The notes under the pieces are model-generated. The model was given only the letters and a program-made list of their open reading frames with translations, was not told the DNA's origin and made no database searches. Position numbers and translations under genes: made by a program. From assembly GCA_041665345.1 (NCBI GenBank), contig JBAYJA010000001.1:393206-457205 (forward strand): DNA of 64,000 nt, given 5' to 3'. The stretch is from Patescibacteria group bacterium (lineage in GTDB: Bacteria; Patescibacteriota; Patescibacteriia; PEXW01). Of this stretch, positions 1-9,192 are shown piece after piece (within the stretch, counting starts at the first letter, position 1; the number at the start of each line of letters is the position of its first letter).

Positions 1-318
1 ACTGTTTCGGTCTTCGCAGCTGGAAATGACAGCGCGAAGAGCTCCACGACCGTGCAAGGAAAGGTAGCCGCAGGTTTGCTTGTTGGTGCTTTGGATGGCA
101 CCGCAGTGGCAAAGTACTCCAACACGGGCGCAACCGTCGTTGCGCCAGGAGTTAGCACCTCCAGCCAGGGGACGTCCATCAGTGCTGCGTACGCCAGTGG
201 CTGCAGCGCCTTGGTGCTCACGAAGCAGGCAAGTCTGACACCGGTAAAAGTTTTGGAACGTCTCACGACGACAGTGAAGGGCACAGCGCTCCGCTGTGAT
301 CTCGCCACTAATTTCTAA
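1..318 (+). CDS. C-terminal fragment of a subtilisin-like serine protease (peptidase S8); the gene starts upstream of the window
   Basis: Frame 1 is open from base 1. The translation AAGND...YSNTGATVVAPGVS...GTSISAAYASG...LTPVKVLERL parallels the subtilisin C-terminus (oxyanion Asn, catalytic Ser in GTS). Confidence 0.55.
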   Translation, partial: TVSVFAAGNDSAKSSTTVQGKVAAGLLVGALDGTAVAKYSNTGATVVAPGVSTSSQGTSISAAYASGCSALVLTKQASLTPVKVLERLTTTVKGTALRCDLATNF

Positions 319-338
319 AGTATATGGGAGAAACAATA

Positions 339-458
339 ATGAAGACGGCGAGACTCGCCACTGGCACTAAAGTTGGGATTGCCCTTGGAACAGTCGCGCT
401 CATCACCCTGGGAGTGGTCATGGGGTACGCCATCTACGCGGGTGGGTTCTCAAACTAA
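339..458 (+). CDS. short ORF encoding a single TM helix (MKTARLATGTKVGIALGTVALITLGVVMGYAIYAGGFSN); possibly the N-terminal anchor of the downstream C39-like peptidase separated by a +1 frameshift
   Basis: ATG with an upstream GGGAGAAA, a hydrophobic 39-aa product, and a stop overlapping the start of the peptidase ORF in another frame. Confidence 0.25.
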   Translation: MKTARLATGTKVGIALGTVALITLGVVMGYAIYAGGFSN

Positions 459-951
459 GCAGCTTCGCATCTGGACGCGCTGGGCGCTCCTGGTGCCGTA
501 CCGGCATCAGGAGCGGGAAGACTCCTGTGGTCCTGCTTGCGTGCAAATGCTTTTGGCTTGGCAAGGGCAAAAGCAGTCTCAGCGCGCACTGTACCAGCTG
601 TTACAGACAAATTCCCAGATAGGCACAACCCGTACCCATATCCTGCATGCGTTGCGGGCATTGGGTTTTGCGTTTAAGGTAGAGGCAAAGCTATCGGTTC
701 CCCAGCTACGCAAATGGCTGCACCATGGCCCGGTTCTGGTCCGCTTCATGGAACCCAAAGAGCAGGTACACCATTATGCGGTTGCTGTGGGTACGCACGC
801 AGATCAGCTTCTCCTGCACGATCCGTGGAATGGAAAGAATATTCTTATGCACTGGGGAGAATTTGCGCGGCTTTGGCGTCAGGTCAGCCGCAAGCCAAAA
901 ACTGGCGGTTGGGCTGTTCTTTTTCCCGCCAAGATTCAGCGTTTCCGCTGA
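373..951 (+). CDS. C39-like papain-fold cysteine peptidase domain protein
   Basis: Motif VPYRHQEREDSCGPACVQMLL (Cys) plus a downstream HHYAVAVG...D (His) match the peptidase C39-like domain. The ORF-track start is a TTG; the true start is uncertain. Confidence 0.55.
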   Translation: MGLPLEQSRSSPWEWSWGTPSTRVGSQTKQLRIWTRWALLVPYRHQEREDSCGPACVQMLLAWQGQKQSQRALYQLLQTNSQIGTTRTHILHALRALGFAFKVEAKLSVPQLRKWLHHGPVLVRFMEPKEQVHHYAVAVGTHADQLLLHDPWNGKNILMHWGEFARLWRQVSRKPKTGGWAVLFPAKIQRFR

Positions 952-2726
952 GTGATTTTCTTCAGGAGGTAAGCCAAGAAGGGCTTCTTGGAAATGACTT
1001 GCAGTTTTTGCTTTCCACGAACTCGGACGTGCAGTTTGGTTGAGCCAACTTCTTTGTCACCAATCACCAGCATGTACGGGATTTTCTGCTTCTCGGCTTC
1101 CCGGATACTCTTGCCCACACTCTGATCAGCCAGGCCCACATCCACCCGCAGTCCTGCGGCCTGGAGTTCCTTTCCCAGCTTGGCGCAGGCTTTCTGGTGC
1201 TTCAGACCCACTGGGATAATCGCCACGTGCACAGGCGCCAGCCACAGCGGGAAGGCTCCGGCGAAGTGCTCAATGAGAATGGAAATGTACCGCTCCAAGG
1301 AACCCATAATGGCGGCGTGGATCATCACAATCCGTTCATGCTCGCCCTGCTCATTAATGCAGTCCAGGTCAAACCGCTCCGGCAAGTTCATGTCCAGTTG
1401 GATTGTGGCTACTTGCCATTCTCGGCCTAGAGAATCTTTGGCCATGAAGTCTACCTTGGGTCCGTAGAAGGCGGCTTCCCCCGGTGCTTCCGTTGCCTGT
1501 GCTTTCATACTGCGGACGATTTTTCGTAAAGTCGTTTCTGCCTTGGCCCAGCGCTGCACGTCACCCAAGTATTTCTCTGGGTGCTTGGGGTCATGCAAGG
1601 ACAAGCGAACATCCAAGCTGAACCCGGCGGCACTGTAGAACTTCTTTACAATGCCCCAGATGGTTTTGCACTCGGCTTCTACCTGTGATTCACGGCAGAA
1701 GACGTGTGCGTCATCTTGGGTAATGGACCGCACGCGGGACAGCCCGGCAAGTTCACCGCTCTGCTCGTCTCGGTAGACTTTGGTGGTGGAAGCGTAGCGC
1801 TGTGGCAGTTCGCGGTAGGAGAACTGCTTGCGAGCGTAGATTTGCGTGTGGTGCGGGCAGTTCATGGGCTTCATGGCAAAGGTGTGCCCTTCCCGTGAGG
1901 TGATGTGGAACAGTTCGTCCTTGAATTTCTGCCAATGCCCGCTCTTTTCAAAGAGGTCTTTTTTGGAAATGTGAGGAATGTCTACGCGCTCGTACCCGGC
2001 AGCTTGGCGCAATTCCCAGACGTAGGAGTCCAGCAGGTCGCGCAGCAGCGTGCCCTTGGGCGTCCACAGCGGCAAGCCACTCCCTACTAAATCGGAGAAG
2101 GTGAACAAGTCCAGCGCCGGCCCAAGCACCCGGTGGTCTCGCTTCTTGATCTCTTCCTGCAGCTTCAGGTATGCATCCAGCTCAGCTTTGGTGGCAAAGG
2201 CTGCACCGTAGATCCGGGTGAGCATGGGGTTCTTTTCATCTCCACGCCAGTAGGCGCCAGCCAAGTGGGTGAGGGTAAATGCATCAGCGGAGATCTCACG
2301 GGTAGATTCCACGTGCCCGCCCCGGCAGAGGTCGACGAATGAGCCAGTGGTGTACGAGGTAATGGTTGCTTGGCCTTTGCTCCCGTCATTTTGCAGTTCG
2401 TCAAAGACCGTGGTGCCTTTGGTGACCAAATCGTGGATGAGTTCCAATTTGAATGGTTGGTTACTGAATTTTTCCCGTGCTTGCTTTTCCGAAAGTTCTT
2501 CCCGTTTGAATCCCAACCCTTGGCCGATTTTCTTCCGCATCATTTTTTCCAGTTTGGGTAAATCTTGCGGAGTGAGGGGGCGGGGGAGGAGGAAGTCGTA
2601 GTAGAAACCCTGCGCAATTGTGGGTCCTACACCAAGCTTTGCGTCAGGCATGAGTTCCAGCACGCTGGCAGCCAGCAGGTGGGCCAGGGAGTGGCGAAGG
2701 TTTTCCAGATTTTTTTCGTTTGCCAT
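936..2726 (-). CDS. thrS: threonyl-tRNA synthetase lacking the N-terminal TGS domain
   Basis: RHSLAHLLAAS and HRVLG class II motifs with the overall ThrRS architecture. I use the ATG at 2726, MANEKNLENL. Confidence 0.9.
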   Translation of the reverse strand: MANEKNLENLRHSLAHLLAASVLELMPDAKLGVGPTIAQGFYYDFLLPRPLTPQDLPKLEKMMRKKIGQGLGFKREELSEKQAREKFSNQPFKLELIHDLVTKGTTVFDELQNDGSKGQATITSYTTGSFVDLCRGGHVESTREISADAFTLTHLAGAYWRGDEKNPMLTRIYGAAFATKAELDAYLKLQEEIKKRDHRVLGPALDLFTFSDLVGSGLPLWTPKGTLLRDLLDSYVWELRQAAGYERVDIPHISKKDLFEKSGHWQKFKDELFHITSREGHTFAMKPMNCPHHTQIYARKQFSYRELPQRYASTTKVYRDEQSGELAGLSRVRSITQDDAHVFCRESQVEAECKTIWGIVKKFYSAAGFSLDVRLSLHDPKHPEKYLGDVQRWAKAETTLRKIVRSMKAQATEAPGEAAFYGPKVDFMAKDSLGREWQVATIQLDMNLPERFDLDCINEQGEHERIVMIHAAIMGSLERYISILIEHFAGAFPLWLAPVHVAIIPVGLKHQKACAKLGKELQAAGLRVDVGLADQSVGKSIREAEKQKIPYMLVIGDKEVGSTKLHVRVRGKQKLQVISKKPFLAYLLKKITQRKR

Positions 2727-2743
2727 ATGGGTGAAGGGTAAGA

Positions 2744-2775
2744 ATTGCAAAGAAACCAAAGCATTGCTGCTTCGG
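2744..2775 (-). terminator. intrinsic terminator of the thrS leader (CCGAAGCA-GCAA-UGCUUUGG followed by UUUCUUUG on the minus strand)
   Basis: 8-bp stem with a U-tract directly upstream of the thrS start; reads as the terminator arm of a T-box expression platform. Confidence 0.5.
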
Positions 2776-2831
2776 GTTCATCGTAGCCCTTCGACAAGCT
2801 CAGGGACTGCGTGAAGGTTCCACCCGATATT

Positions 2832-2861
2832 TCCTCCTACGCTCGGAAGCTTCGGAGGACA
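2832..2861 (-). repeat. copy of the dispersed hairpin repeat TGTCCTCC-N15/16(AAGCTT-containing)-GGAGGACA, embedded in the thrS leader
   Basis: Near-identical to the HP2 elements that follow five tRNA genes (see 31643-31674). Confidence 0.5.
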
Positions 2862-3006
2862 CTTCATTCTACGGAGTTAGGCGATGATTCGCACCCCAGG
2901 TGGGGCAAACGCTTGGTAGGCGCTTCAATCCTCAGGCCACGAGTATAGCGGAAAAGACGCTGGGTCGTAAAGTAACCGTTCTCTTTCAGGTCAAATGCGA
3001 CATAGC

Positions 3007-3036
3007 AAAACGTCCCGTATACGCAGGACGTTTTTT
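3007..3036. terminator. bidirectional intrinsic terminator (ACGTCC...GGACGT flanked by an A-run and a T-run)
   Basis: 6-bp GC-rich stem with a T6 run on the + strand and an A4 run on the other side; sits after the stop of the 3079-3513 gene. Confidence 0.5.
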
Positions 3037-3078
3037 CGGAGTAGAGGCTTCAGCTTCTGGCAAGTTAGTGCATCAGCC

Positions 3079-3513
3079 CTAGCGCGAAGCCGAGTTCACC
3101 CGCTGCACGTCAGTATCCGTAATAAGGTGTTTCTTATGTAGGACACCCAACAGGGTATCCACCTTTTGGTCTGGTCGGCGGGTCATAACTACCAGGTCAC
3201 CACGCAGGCTACCAATTTTCTGGTCCAGGTAGTCTTTGGTGACCATGCGCGTTTCGAATTGTCCCAGGCGGTGATCAATGTAGTCTTTGAGGTATTCCTT
3301 GGTTACCATAGTTGTCTGGAGCTTCTGCAGCCGTTCCTCAAGGTAGTCTTTAGTGACCATAAGGTCAGCCATGGTAAGAATTGCTTCGTGGACTTCGGTG
3401 AACCGGGTATCCATTGTGACAGTAATATCTCGAAACCGGCTATCCATAGTTTTTGATAGCTTTTGGACAGCCTGTAATACAGAGTTCTTTTTTGTTATAG
3501 CTTTTTTAGGCAT
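3079..3513 (-). CDS. hypothetical protein with three tandem MVTK(D/E)YL repeats
   Basis: ATG at 3513-3511. Internal repeats MVTKDYLEERL / MVTKEYLKDYI / MVTKDYLDQKI. No recognisable family. Confidence 0.55.
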   Translation of the reverse strand: MPKKAITKKNSVLQAVQKLSKTMDSRFRDITVTMDTRFTEVHEAILTMADLMVTKDYLEERLQKLQTTMVTKEYLKDYIDHRLGQFETRMVTKDYLDQKIGSLRGDLVVMTRRPDQKVDTLLGVLHKKHLITDTDVQRVNSASR

Positions 3514-3788
3514 AAAATGATGACGGATTAATGAGAGGAATCCGCCCGCTTGTCCAAATCACTATACCCAATCTTGCAAAGCCAGGCAAATGTCGAAAAT
3601 GTGGCTAACCTAAGGCTTTTTGGCTAACTTTAGCCAAATTAGGTATTGACTTTTCCGATATTTCCTGTGTACTCTTTTGTTAACAAATACCTTGATAAAT
3701 AAGGTCGAAGACCCCGTCGAATGGCAGGGCAGACCTTCAACCGCGGTTCCGACGGCATCGGACAACGAAAAAAAGAAAGGATGACGAC

Positions 3789-4442
3789 ATGGGTTCTTCC
3801 ATGACCACATCCAAAATGACCGACGGTCAGATTAACCGTGTGGTTGAAATTTTTCGGGCAAAGCTTGTCAAGCATGCATCCAACTTGCCCTCGGATGCAG
3901 TGCAAGCAGCTTTAGGCGACGCCTCGTTAGGACAGGACTTGTTCGATGTTTTCCAGCGGCACGTAGAAGTCCACCTGATCGACACCCAACCCCACCTCCT
4001 CCAGCGTAAACCCTTCAACCCCAAAAAGTTCATTGGCGCAGGCTGGAAGGTCATTGAGGTGCTGCAACCCAGAAATGATGGCATCCTGGATGCCAGTCAG
4101 ATCGTGACCAAGGACTACCTTAAAAAAGGTGAGTCCTCCATCAATGGCGAAGAGCGCCTCCGCCGCATCAAGGCGAGTCCAGCCGACGTGAAACTCCAGC
4201 TGGACGCGGCCGATTGCCAGGCATTGTACGAGGAGAAAGGCCAAGTCACCCTCCGCTGGCTCGACGAGACGAAGGGTATCAAATTCCTTTCGGGCTGGAA
4301 CACCATTCTGCAGAGCCCGCGCGGTAACCGTTGCGTCCTCTATCTGGTTCGGCGCGTTGACGGTTCCTGGCGCTGGAGCGACGGTTGGGTCGGCGGCGGC
4401 AACTGGGATGCCGATCGTCCTGCTGGTCTGCTCGCAAGTTAG
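3789..4442 (+). CDS. hypothetical protein that shares an IVTKDYL motif with the divergent upstream gene
   Basis: AGGA 7 nt before the ATG and an AT-rich 275-bp divergent promoter region. The antisense ORF 3927-4451 is judged spurious. Confidence 0.5.
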   Translation: MGSSMTTSKMTDGQINRVVEIFRAKLVKHASNLPSDAVQAALGDASLGQDLFDVFQRHVEVHLIDTQPHLLQRKPFNPKKFIGAGWKVIEVLQPRNDGILDASQIVTKDYLKKGESSINGEERLRRIKASPADVKLQLDAADCQALYEEKGQVTLRWLDETKGIKFLSGWNTILQSPRGNRCVLYLVRRVDGSWRWSDGWVGGGNWDADRPAGLLAS

Positions 4443-4550
4443 CACTTGCATCTCAGTCCCTTAGAGTCCTGCTCTTTGATTCGTTTATTATGAACTTTGT
4501 AGCCCTCTGGAAATTCTTCCAGAGGGCTTTTCTTATTCAATCATTTTCTC

Positions 4551-5699
4551 TTACTCCACCTTCAGTTCTAGCTTGCTAGCATCATTCGGAATGTTCTTTG
4601 TCCAGAAAGGTGTAACGTCAATAGTGATATTTCCCACGGCGCTTTCTTTTTGCAGTAAGGTCTGCACATCCACGATGCTCTTGCCCAGGTAGGTTGCTGG
4701 GGTCAGGAGGGGATGGGTGGCTGAGGGTTTGCTGGTGCCCTTCACTTTGACGGTGACCGTCGCTTTTTCAGCTTTGCTGTCCAGGGTATCCACTTTGTAG
4801 GTGAAGGTTGTTGGGTTCACATTCTGCAGTTCCAAGTCACTGGACACAGCTGCGCCAAGCGTGAGCTTGGCAGCCGCGGTGAGCGCTTGGGTATCCACGG
4901 CAATGCCCGTGGCTTTCACCGTGAGTTTGAGGGTGTAGGCCTTCGCTGGGTCACCCGCGGCTGGGCCAACGCGCTTGGTCACAGTGGTGGCAATCATCTC
5001 GGGGTAGAGGGTAAAATCTTCGGGTGCCAGTTTCTGGAGCGCAGGCAGCGCGTCGGCCGCAGCTGTGGCCAGGAGTTCGGTTTGGGCATTTGCCAGTTCC
5101 GTCTGCGTTAGGCCAGGCAGTGCGGGTTCACTGTTCTCACCCGTAAAGTCGCTGGCCGCAACCGCGGTAATTTTGTCCTGTAAACCAGCCCACAACCCTG
5201 GGAGGATGAATGTTGTTCCCTTGGTTTTTGCCCCGGCTTCACCTGCTTCATCGGCAATGACCAAGGTGGTTACGCTGCCGCCAACCGGCACGTCCACGCG
5301 TGCTTGGGTGCGAAAAATCTTTCCATCAGCTGATCGGACGCGGGTACCTGCTTGCAGGGGTTGGGTTTGGGACCAGTTGTTGGTAATGGTCACTTGGCCG
5401 CGGGCTTTGCCGGTGAACACGGGCGTGGCGGTTGGGGTCGGATCCGTTTCCGGGGTGAAGTCTTTGGTTACCTCCACCGAGGTTTGTACAAAGCGCGCAG
5501 GGAGTTCTTCGGCATTTGGCTTGGCGGCAAAGGTTGCGGTTGTTGTCGCCTCCACTGCCTGGGGCGTCCAGGTAAACCTGATGCTGCTACGGCCCATGGC
5601 CAGCACCAGGACGCCAGCGAAGAGTAGTACGGCGGCGGCGAAGAAGCAGAGAACCATGATCTTCTGTTCCGAGGTGGTTCGGGGTGTTTTTTTGGTCAT
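4551..5699 (-). CDS. membrane-anchored hypothetical protein translationally coupled to dnaE
   Basis: N-terminal TM helix. Its start ATG overlaps the dnaE stop (ATGA at 5696-5699). Confidence 0.6.
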   Translation of the reverse strand: MTKKTPRTTSEQKIMVLCFFAAAVLLFAGVLVLAMGRSSIRFTWTPQAVEATTTATFAAKPNAEELPARFVQTSVEVTKDFTPETDPTPTATPVFTGKARGQVTITNNWSQTQPLQAGTRVRSADGKIFRTQARVDVPVGGSVTTLVIADEAGEAGAKTKGTTFILPGLWAGLQDKITAVAASDFTGENSEPALPGLTQTELANAQTELLATAAADALPALQKLAPEDFTLYPEMIATTVTKRVGPAAGDPAKAYTLKLTVKATGIAVDTQALTAAAKLTLGAAVSSDLELQNVNPTTFTYKVDTLDSKAEKATVTVKVKGTSKPSATHPLLTPATYLGKSIVDVQTLLQKESAVGNITIDVTPFWTKNIPNDASKLELKVE

Positions 5700-8600
5700 A
5701 GGCGTTGGAGGCTACCCCGGCCCAACAGCGCGGTGAGTTCTGTCCACGCGGCTTGCGGGTCAGTGGTGAGGTTAGCGGAAATTCTTTTGGGTCCAGTGCC
5801 ATTAGGGACAGTGTACTCCACTGGAACTTGGCCCGGGTAGGCAGTGAGGATGCGCTGGAGTTCGTCAAACTGTGGGCGGGGAAAATCTTTGGGCAGCGCA
5901 ATGACTAACGGGCGATCCTGGTGGCCACTGCGTTCAGCGTACGCCTGCAGCGCGGCGGTGTCGAGTTCCCGGGCAGCATCAGCCAGCAATTTTGGCTCAC
6001 CATCTTTGTCCGACACTTTCCCTTCCACAATCACCAAGCGTTCTTCCACCCACAGATCCGCAGTCTGCTGGAGCAGCTTTGGGAAGACTAAAACTTCCAC
6101 GCCACTGCTAGCGTCTTCCACTTTCACGAAGAGCATCGCCTCATTTTTCTTCGTCATCACCTTCTGGACTTTGGAGACGATCCCGCCAATGCGAACCTTT
6201 GCATCCCGCGCGTGCTCGGCCAGGGTTCGGATGGGTGCGGCAATCAGGCTGAGGTTATGCTGGTAGTCACGGAGCGGGTGGTCTGAGAGGTACAAGCCCA
6301 GGAGTTCTTTCTCCCACTGCAAGCGCTGCTGCTTGCTCACTGGTTCTGCCATACCCAGCCGGATGGTGGGGGCGGCAATCATGCTGGTGCCGCCAAAGAG
6401 GGAGCTCTGGTTTGACACGGCAGCCGCCGAGGCGTTGCGGTTGAACTGCAGCAGCCCATCCATGTTGCTCAGCAGCGCACCGCGTTCACCAAAGCGATCC
6501 AAGGCGCCACTCTTCACCAAGCTCTCCAGAGATTTCTTGTTCAAGTCCTTCACCCGGACGCGTTGCAGGAAGTCTTCCAGTGAGGAAAAAGCCCCGTGCT
6601 CTTTGCGTTCGTGCACAATGGCAGCCACCACATTTTCCCCCACATTCTTAATGGCGGAAAGGCCAAAGCGAATGGTCCGAGTTGGTGCTTTGGTCTCGGG
6701 TTCATACACCGCCGTAAACGTCGTGTAGCTTTCGTTAATGTCTGGGGGGAGCACGGTGATGCCCATGGCGCGGCACTCTTCAATCTCAATGGCAATGCGC
6801 TCAATGAAGGCGTGGTCACCGGTCAGCAGGGCGGCCATGAAGGCTTCGGGTTCATTCGCTTTGAAGTACGCGGTTTGGTAGGCGATGAGCGCGTAGCAGG
6901 CGGCGTGGGAGCGGTTGAACCCGTAGCGCGCAAACGGTTCAATGAAGTCAAACACCTTGGCGCCCGTGGCCTTGGGAATGCCGTTTGCCACGCAGCCGTC
7001 AATGAACTTCTGCCGTTGCTCGTTCAATAATTTGGCAATTTTTTTACCCACTGCTTTCCGGAGGACGTCAGCTTCGCCCAAGGTAAAGCCCGCCAACTCT
7101 CGCGCAATTTCCATAATTTGCTCCTGGTACACGGCCACGCCGTAGGTTTTGGCCAGTACTTTCTCCAGTTTGGGGTGAATGTAGGTAACAGTCTTCTCCC
7201 CGTGCTTGCGGGCAATGAAGTCAGGGATGAATTCCATTGGCCCAGGGCGGTACAGCGAGACCATGGCGATGATGTCTTCCAGCGTGGTTGGCTCCAATTC
7301 CCGCAGGTACCGGCGCATGCCTGAGGATTCCAACTGGAACACCCCGGTGGTGTGCCCTTCGCGCAGCAAGGCAAAGGCTTTGGGGTCGTCCAGGGGAAGC
7401 CGATCTAGGTCGTACTCTTTGCCGTGGCCTTTGCGGGCAATCTCAATGGTCTGTTCCAGCACAGTCAAGTTCCGTAAACCCAGGAAGTCCATTTTCAGTA
7501 ACCCCAGGTCTTCAATGGGGTGGAGTGAGTACTGGCTGATGATGCTCTCGTCGTCCGGGCTTGCGTGCTGCAGGGGCACGTGGTCAATCAGGGGGTCTTT
7601 GGTAATCACCACGCCGCACGCGTGCACGGAAGCATGCCGCGCCACGCCTTCCAGTTTCTGCGCCACGGTCAGCAGGCGGCGGCCGTCTGGGTCTTTTTGA
7701 ATAATCTCCGCCAGTTCCGGAATGTCTTTGATTGCTTCACCCAAGGTGGTGAACATGGGAATGAGTTTGGCCACGCGGTCGCAGTAGGTATAGGGGAAGC
7801 CCAAGGCACGGCCAACGTCCCGGATGGCAGCGCGGGCAGCCATGGTCCCAAAGGTAATGATTTGCGCCACGTGGTCTGCGCCGTACTTGTGCGCGACGTA
7901 GCCGAGCACTTCATCACGCCGGGTATCGGCAAAGTCCAAGTCAATATCCGGCATGGAGATGCGCTCGGGGTTGAGAAATCGTTCGAAGAGCAGGTCGTAC
8001 GCCAGCGGATCCACGTTGGTGATATTCGATAGGTACGAGACAATGGAACCTGCGGCTGAGCCGCGACCAGGGCCAACGACAATCCCTTGGCTCTTGGCCC
8101 AGTTCACAAAGTCTTGGACAATGAGAAAGTAGCCCGCAAAACCCGTGGTGGTGATGACCTCAAGTTCGTAGTCGAGTCTTTTGAGAATGATGGGATCAGT
8201 TTCCCGGCCAGGGTAGCGTTTGGGGATACCTTCCAGGCAGAGCTCCCGCAGGTACACGTCAGCGGTTTTGCCACCCGGCACAGCAAAGTGGGGGAGCTGG
8301 GTCACCCCCAACGGTATTTCAACGTTGCACTGCTCTGCTATCTGTAGGGTGTTCGACACCACCTCAGGATGGTCAGGGAACGCTGTAAGCATCTCGGCCT
8401 CTGGTCGCATGCTGACATCAATGCCTGTCATGGTAAGACGGTTTGGATCGTCCACTGTGGTTTTCGTTTGAATGGCCAGCAGGACATCCTGCATCTCCGC
8501 ATCTTCGGGCTGCAGGTAGTGCACGTCGTTCGTAGCTACTACCATGAGGTCATACTTCTTGGCCAAGGCAAAAATTGCCGAGTTCACTTTTTGCTGGTCG

Positions 8601-9139
8601 GGCAGGTCATGCGGCTGCACTTCCAGCACGTAGTTTTCTTTGCCAAAAATGGCCAGGTGCTTTTCAATGACTGCCTCGGGGCTAGCGTTAATTTTTCCCA
8701 GAATCGCTTGGGCCAGCTCACCTTGCAGGCAGGCGGAGAGAGCAATGACGCCTTCGTGGTGCTGCTGGAGGAGGTCATGGTCAACCCGTGCCCGGTAGTA
8801 GTAGCCTTCCAAGTGCGCCGTGCTCACCAAGGCAATGAGATTTTTATACCCCATGGCATTCTTCGCCAGCAGCACCAGATGGAAGGGCCGCTCGTCAATG
8901 CGCGGCTCCTTGTCAAAGCGGGTGCGTTTGGCCACGTAGGTTTCCACGCCGATGATGGGTTTGATCCCAGCCTTGGTCGCTTTCTGGTAGAACTCCACCG
9001 CCCCGTACAGTACGCCGTGGTCAGTCAGCGCAACGGCCGGGGCGCCCTGCGCCTGAGCAAACGCAACCAGCTCGTCGAGTTTTGGTAACCCATCGAGGAG
9101 GGAGTAGTGAGAGTGAACGTGAAGGTGGACGAATGCCAT
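5696..9139 (-). CDS. dnaE: DNA polymerase III alpha subunit
   Basis: 1147 aa with an N-terminal PHP domain (HLHVHSHYSLLDG), a polymerase core and an OB fold. Confidence 0.92.
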   Translation of the reverse strand: MAFVHLHVHSHYSLLDGLPKLDELVAFAQAQGAPAVALTDHGVLYGAVEFYQKATKAGIKPIIGVETYVAKRTRFDKEPRIDERPFHLVLLAKNAMGYKNLIALVSTAHLEGYYYRARVDHDLLQQHHEGVIALSACLQGELAQAILGKINASPEAVIEKHLAIFGKENYVLEVQPHDLPDQQKVNSAIFALAKKYDLMVVATNDVHYLQPEDAEMQDVLLAIQTKTTVDDPNRLTMTGIDVSMRPEAEMLTAFPDHPEVVSNTLQIAEQCNVEIPLGVTQLPHFAVPGGKTADVYLRELCLEGIPKRYPGRETDPIILKRLDYELEVITTTGFAGYFLIVQDFVNWAKSQGIVVGPGRGSAAGSIVSYLSNITNVDPLAYDLLFERFLNPERISMPDIDLDFADTRRDEVLGYVAHKYGADHVAQIITFGTMAARAAIRDVGRALGFPYTYCDRVAKLIPMFTTLGEAIKDIPELAEIIQKDPDGRRLLTVAQKLEGVARHASVHACGVVITKDPLIDHVPLQHASPDDESIISQYSLHPIEDLGLLKMDFLGLRNLTVLEQTIEIARKGHGKEYDLDRLPLDDPKAFALLREGHTTGVFQLESSGMRRYLRELEPTTLEDIIAMVSLYRPGPMEFIPDFIARKHGEKTVTYIHPKLEKVLAKTYGVAVYQEQIMEIARELAGFTLGEADVLRKAVGKKIAKLLNEQRQKFIDGCVANGIPKATGAKVFDFIEPFARYGFNRSHAACYALIAYQTAYFKANEPEAFMAALLTGDHAFIERIAIEIEECRAMGITVLPPDINESYTTFTAVYEPETKAPTRTIRFGLSAIKNVGENVVAAIVHERKEHGAFSSLEDFLQRVRVKDLNKKSLESLVKSGALDRFGERGALLSNMDGLLQFNRNASAAAVSNQSSLFGGTSMIAAPTIRLGMAEPVSKQQRLQWEKELLGLYLSDHPLRDYQHNLSLIAAPIRTLAEHARDAKVRIGGIVSKVQKVMTKKNEAMLFVKVEDASSGVEVLVFPKLLQQTADLWVEERLVIVEGKVSDKDGEPKLLADAARELDTAALQAYAERSGHQDRPLVIALPKDFPRPQFDELQRILTAYPGQVPVEYTVPNGTGPKRISANLTTDPQAAWTELTALLGRGSLQRL

Positions 9140-9192
9140 GGGTGCAGATACAAAAACGCGCTCGTCCAGATGTTCGCCTGGATCGTGGGGCG

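Larger units (their letters stand above)
2727..2990 (-). promoter_or_regulatory. candidate T-box riboswitch leader of thrS (Thr-specific), with a -10 TATACT near 2942-2947
   Basis: Minus-strand AAUAUCGGGUGGAACC (2816-2831) resembles the T-box consensus AAUUAGGGUGGNACCGCG. The UGGA would pair with the U73 discriminator carried by all three tRNA-Thr genes in this window. A possible ACC-A specifier is present and a terminator follows. Confidence 0.4.

Noticed and set aside
3927-4451. 174-aa minus-strand ORF
   Set aside because: Antisense to the 3789-4442 gene, which has an RBS and promoter region; no start context on the minus strand.
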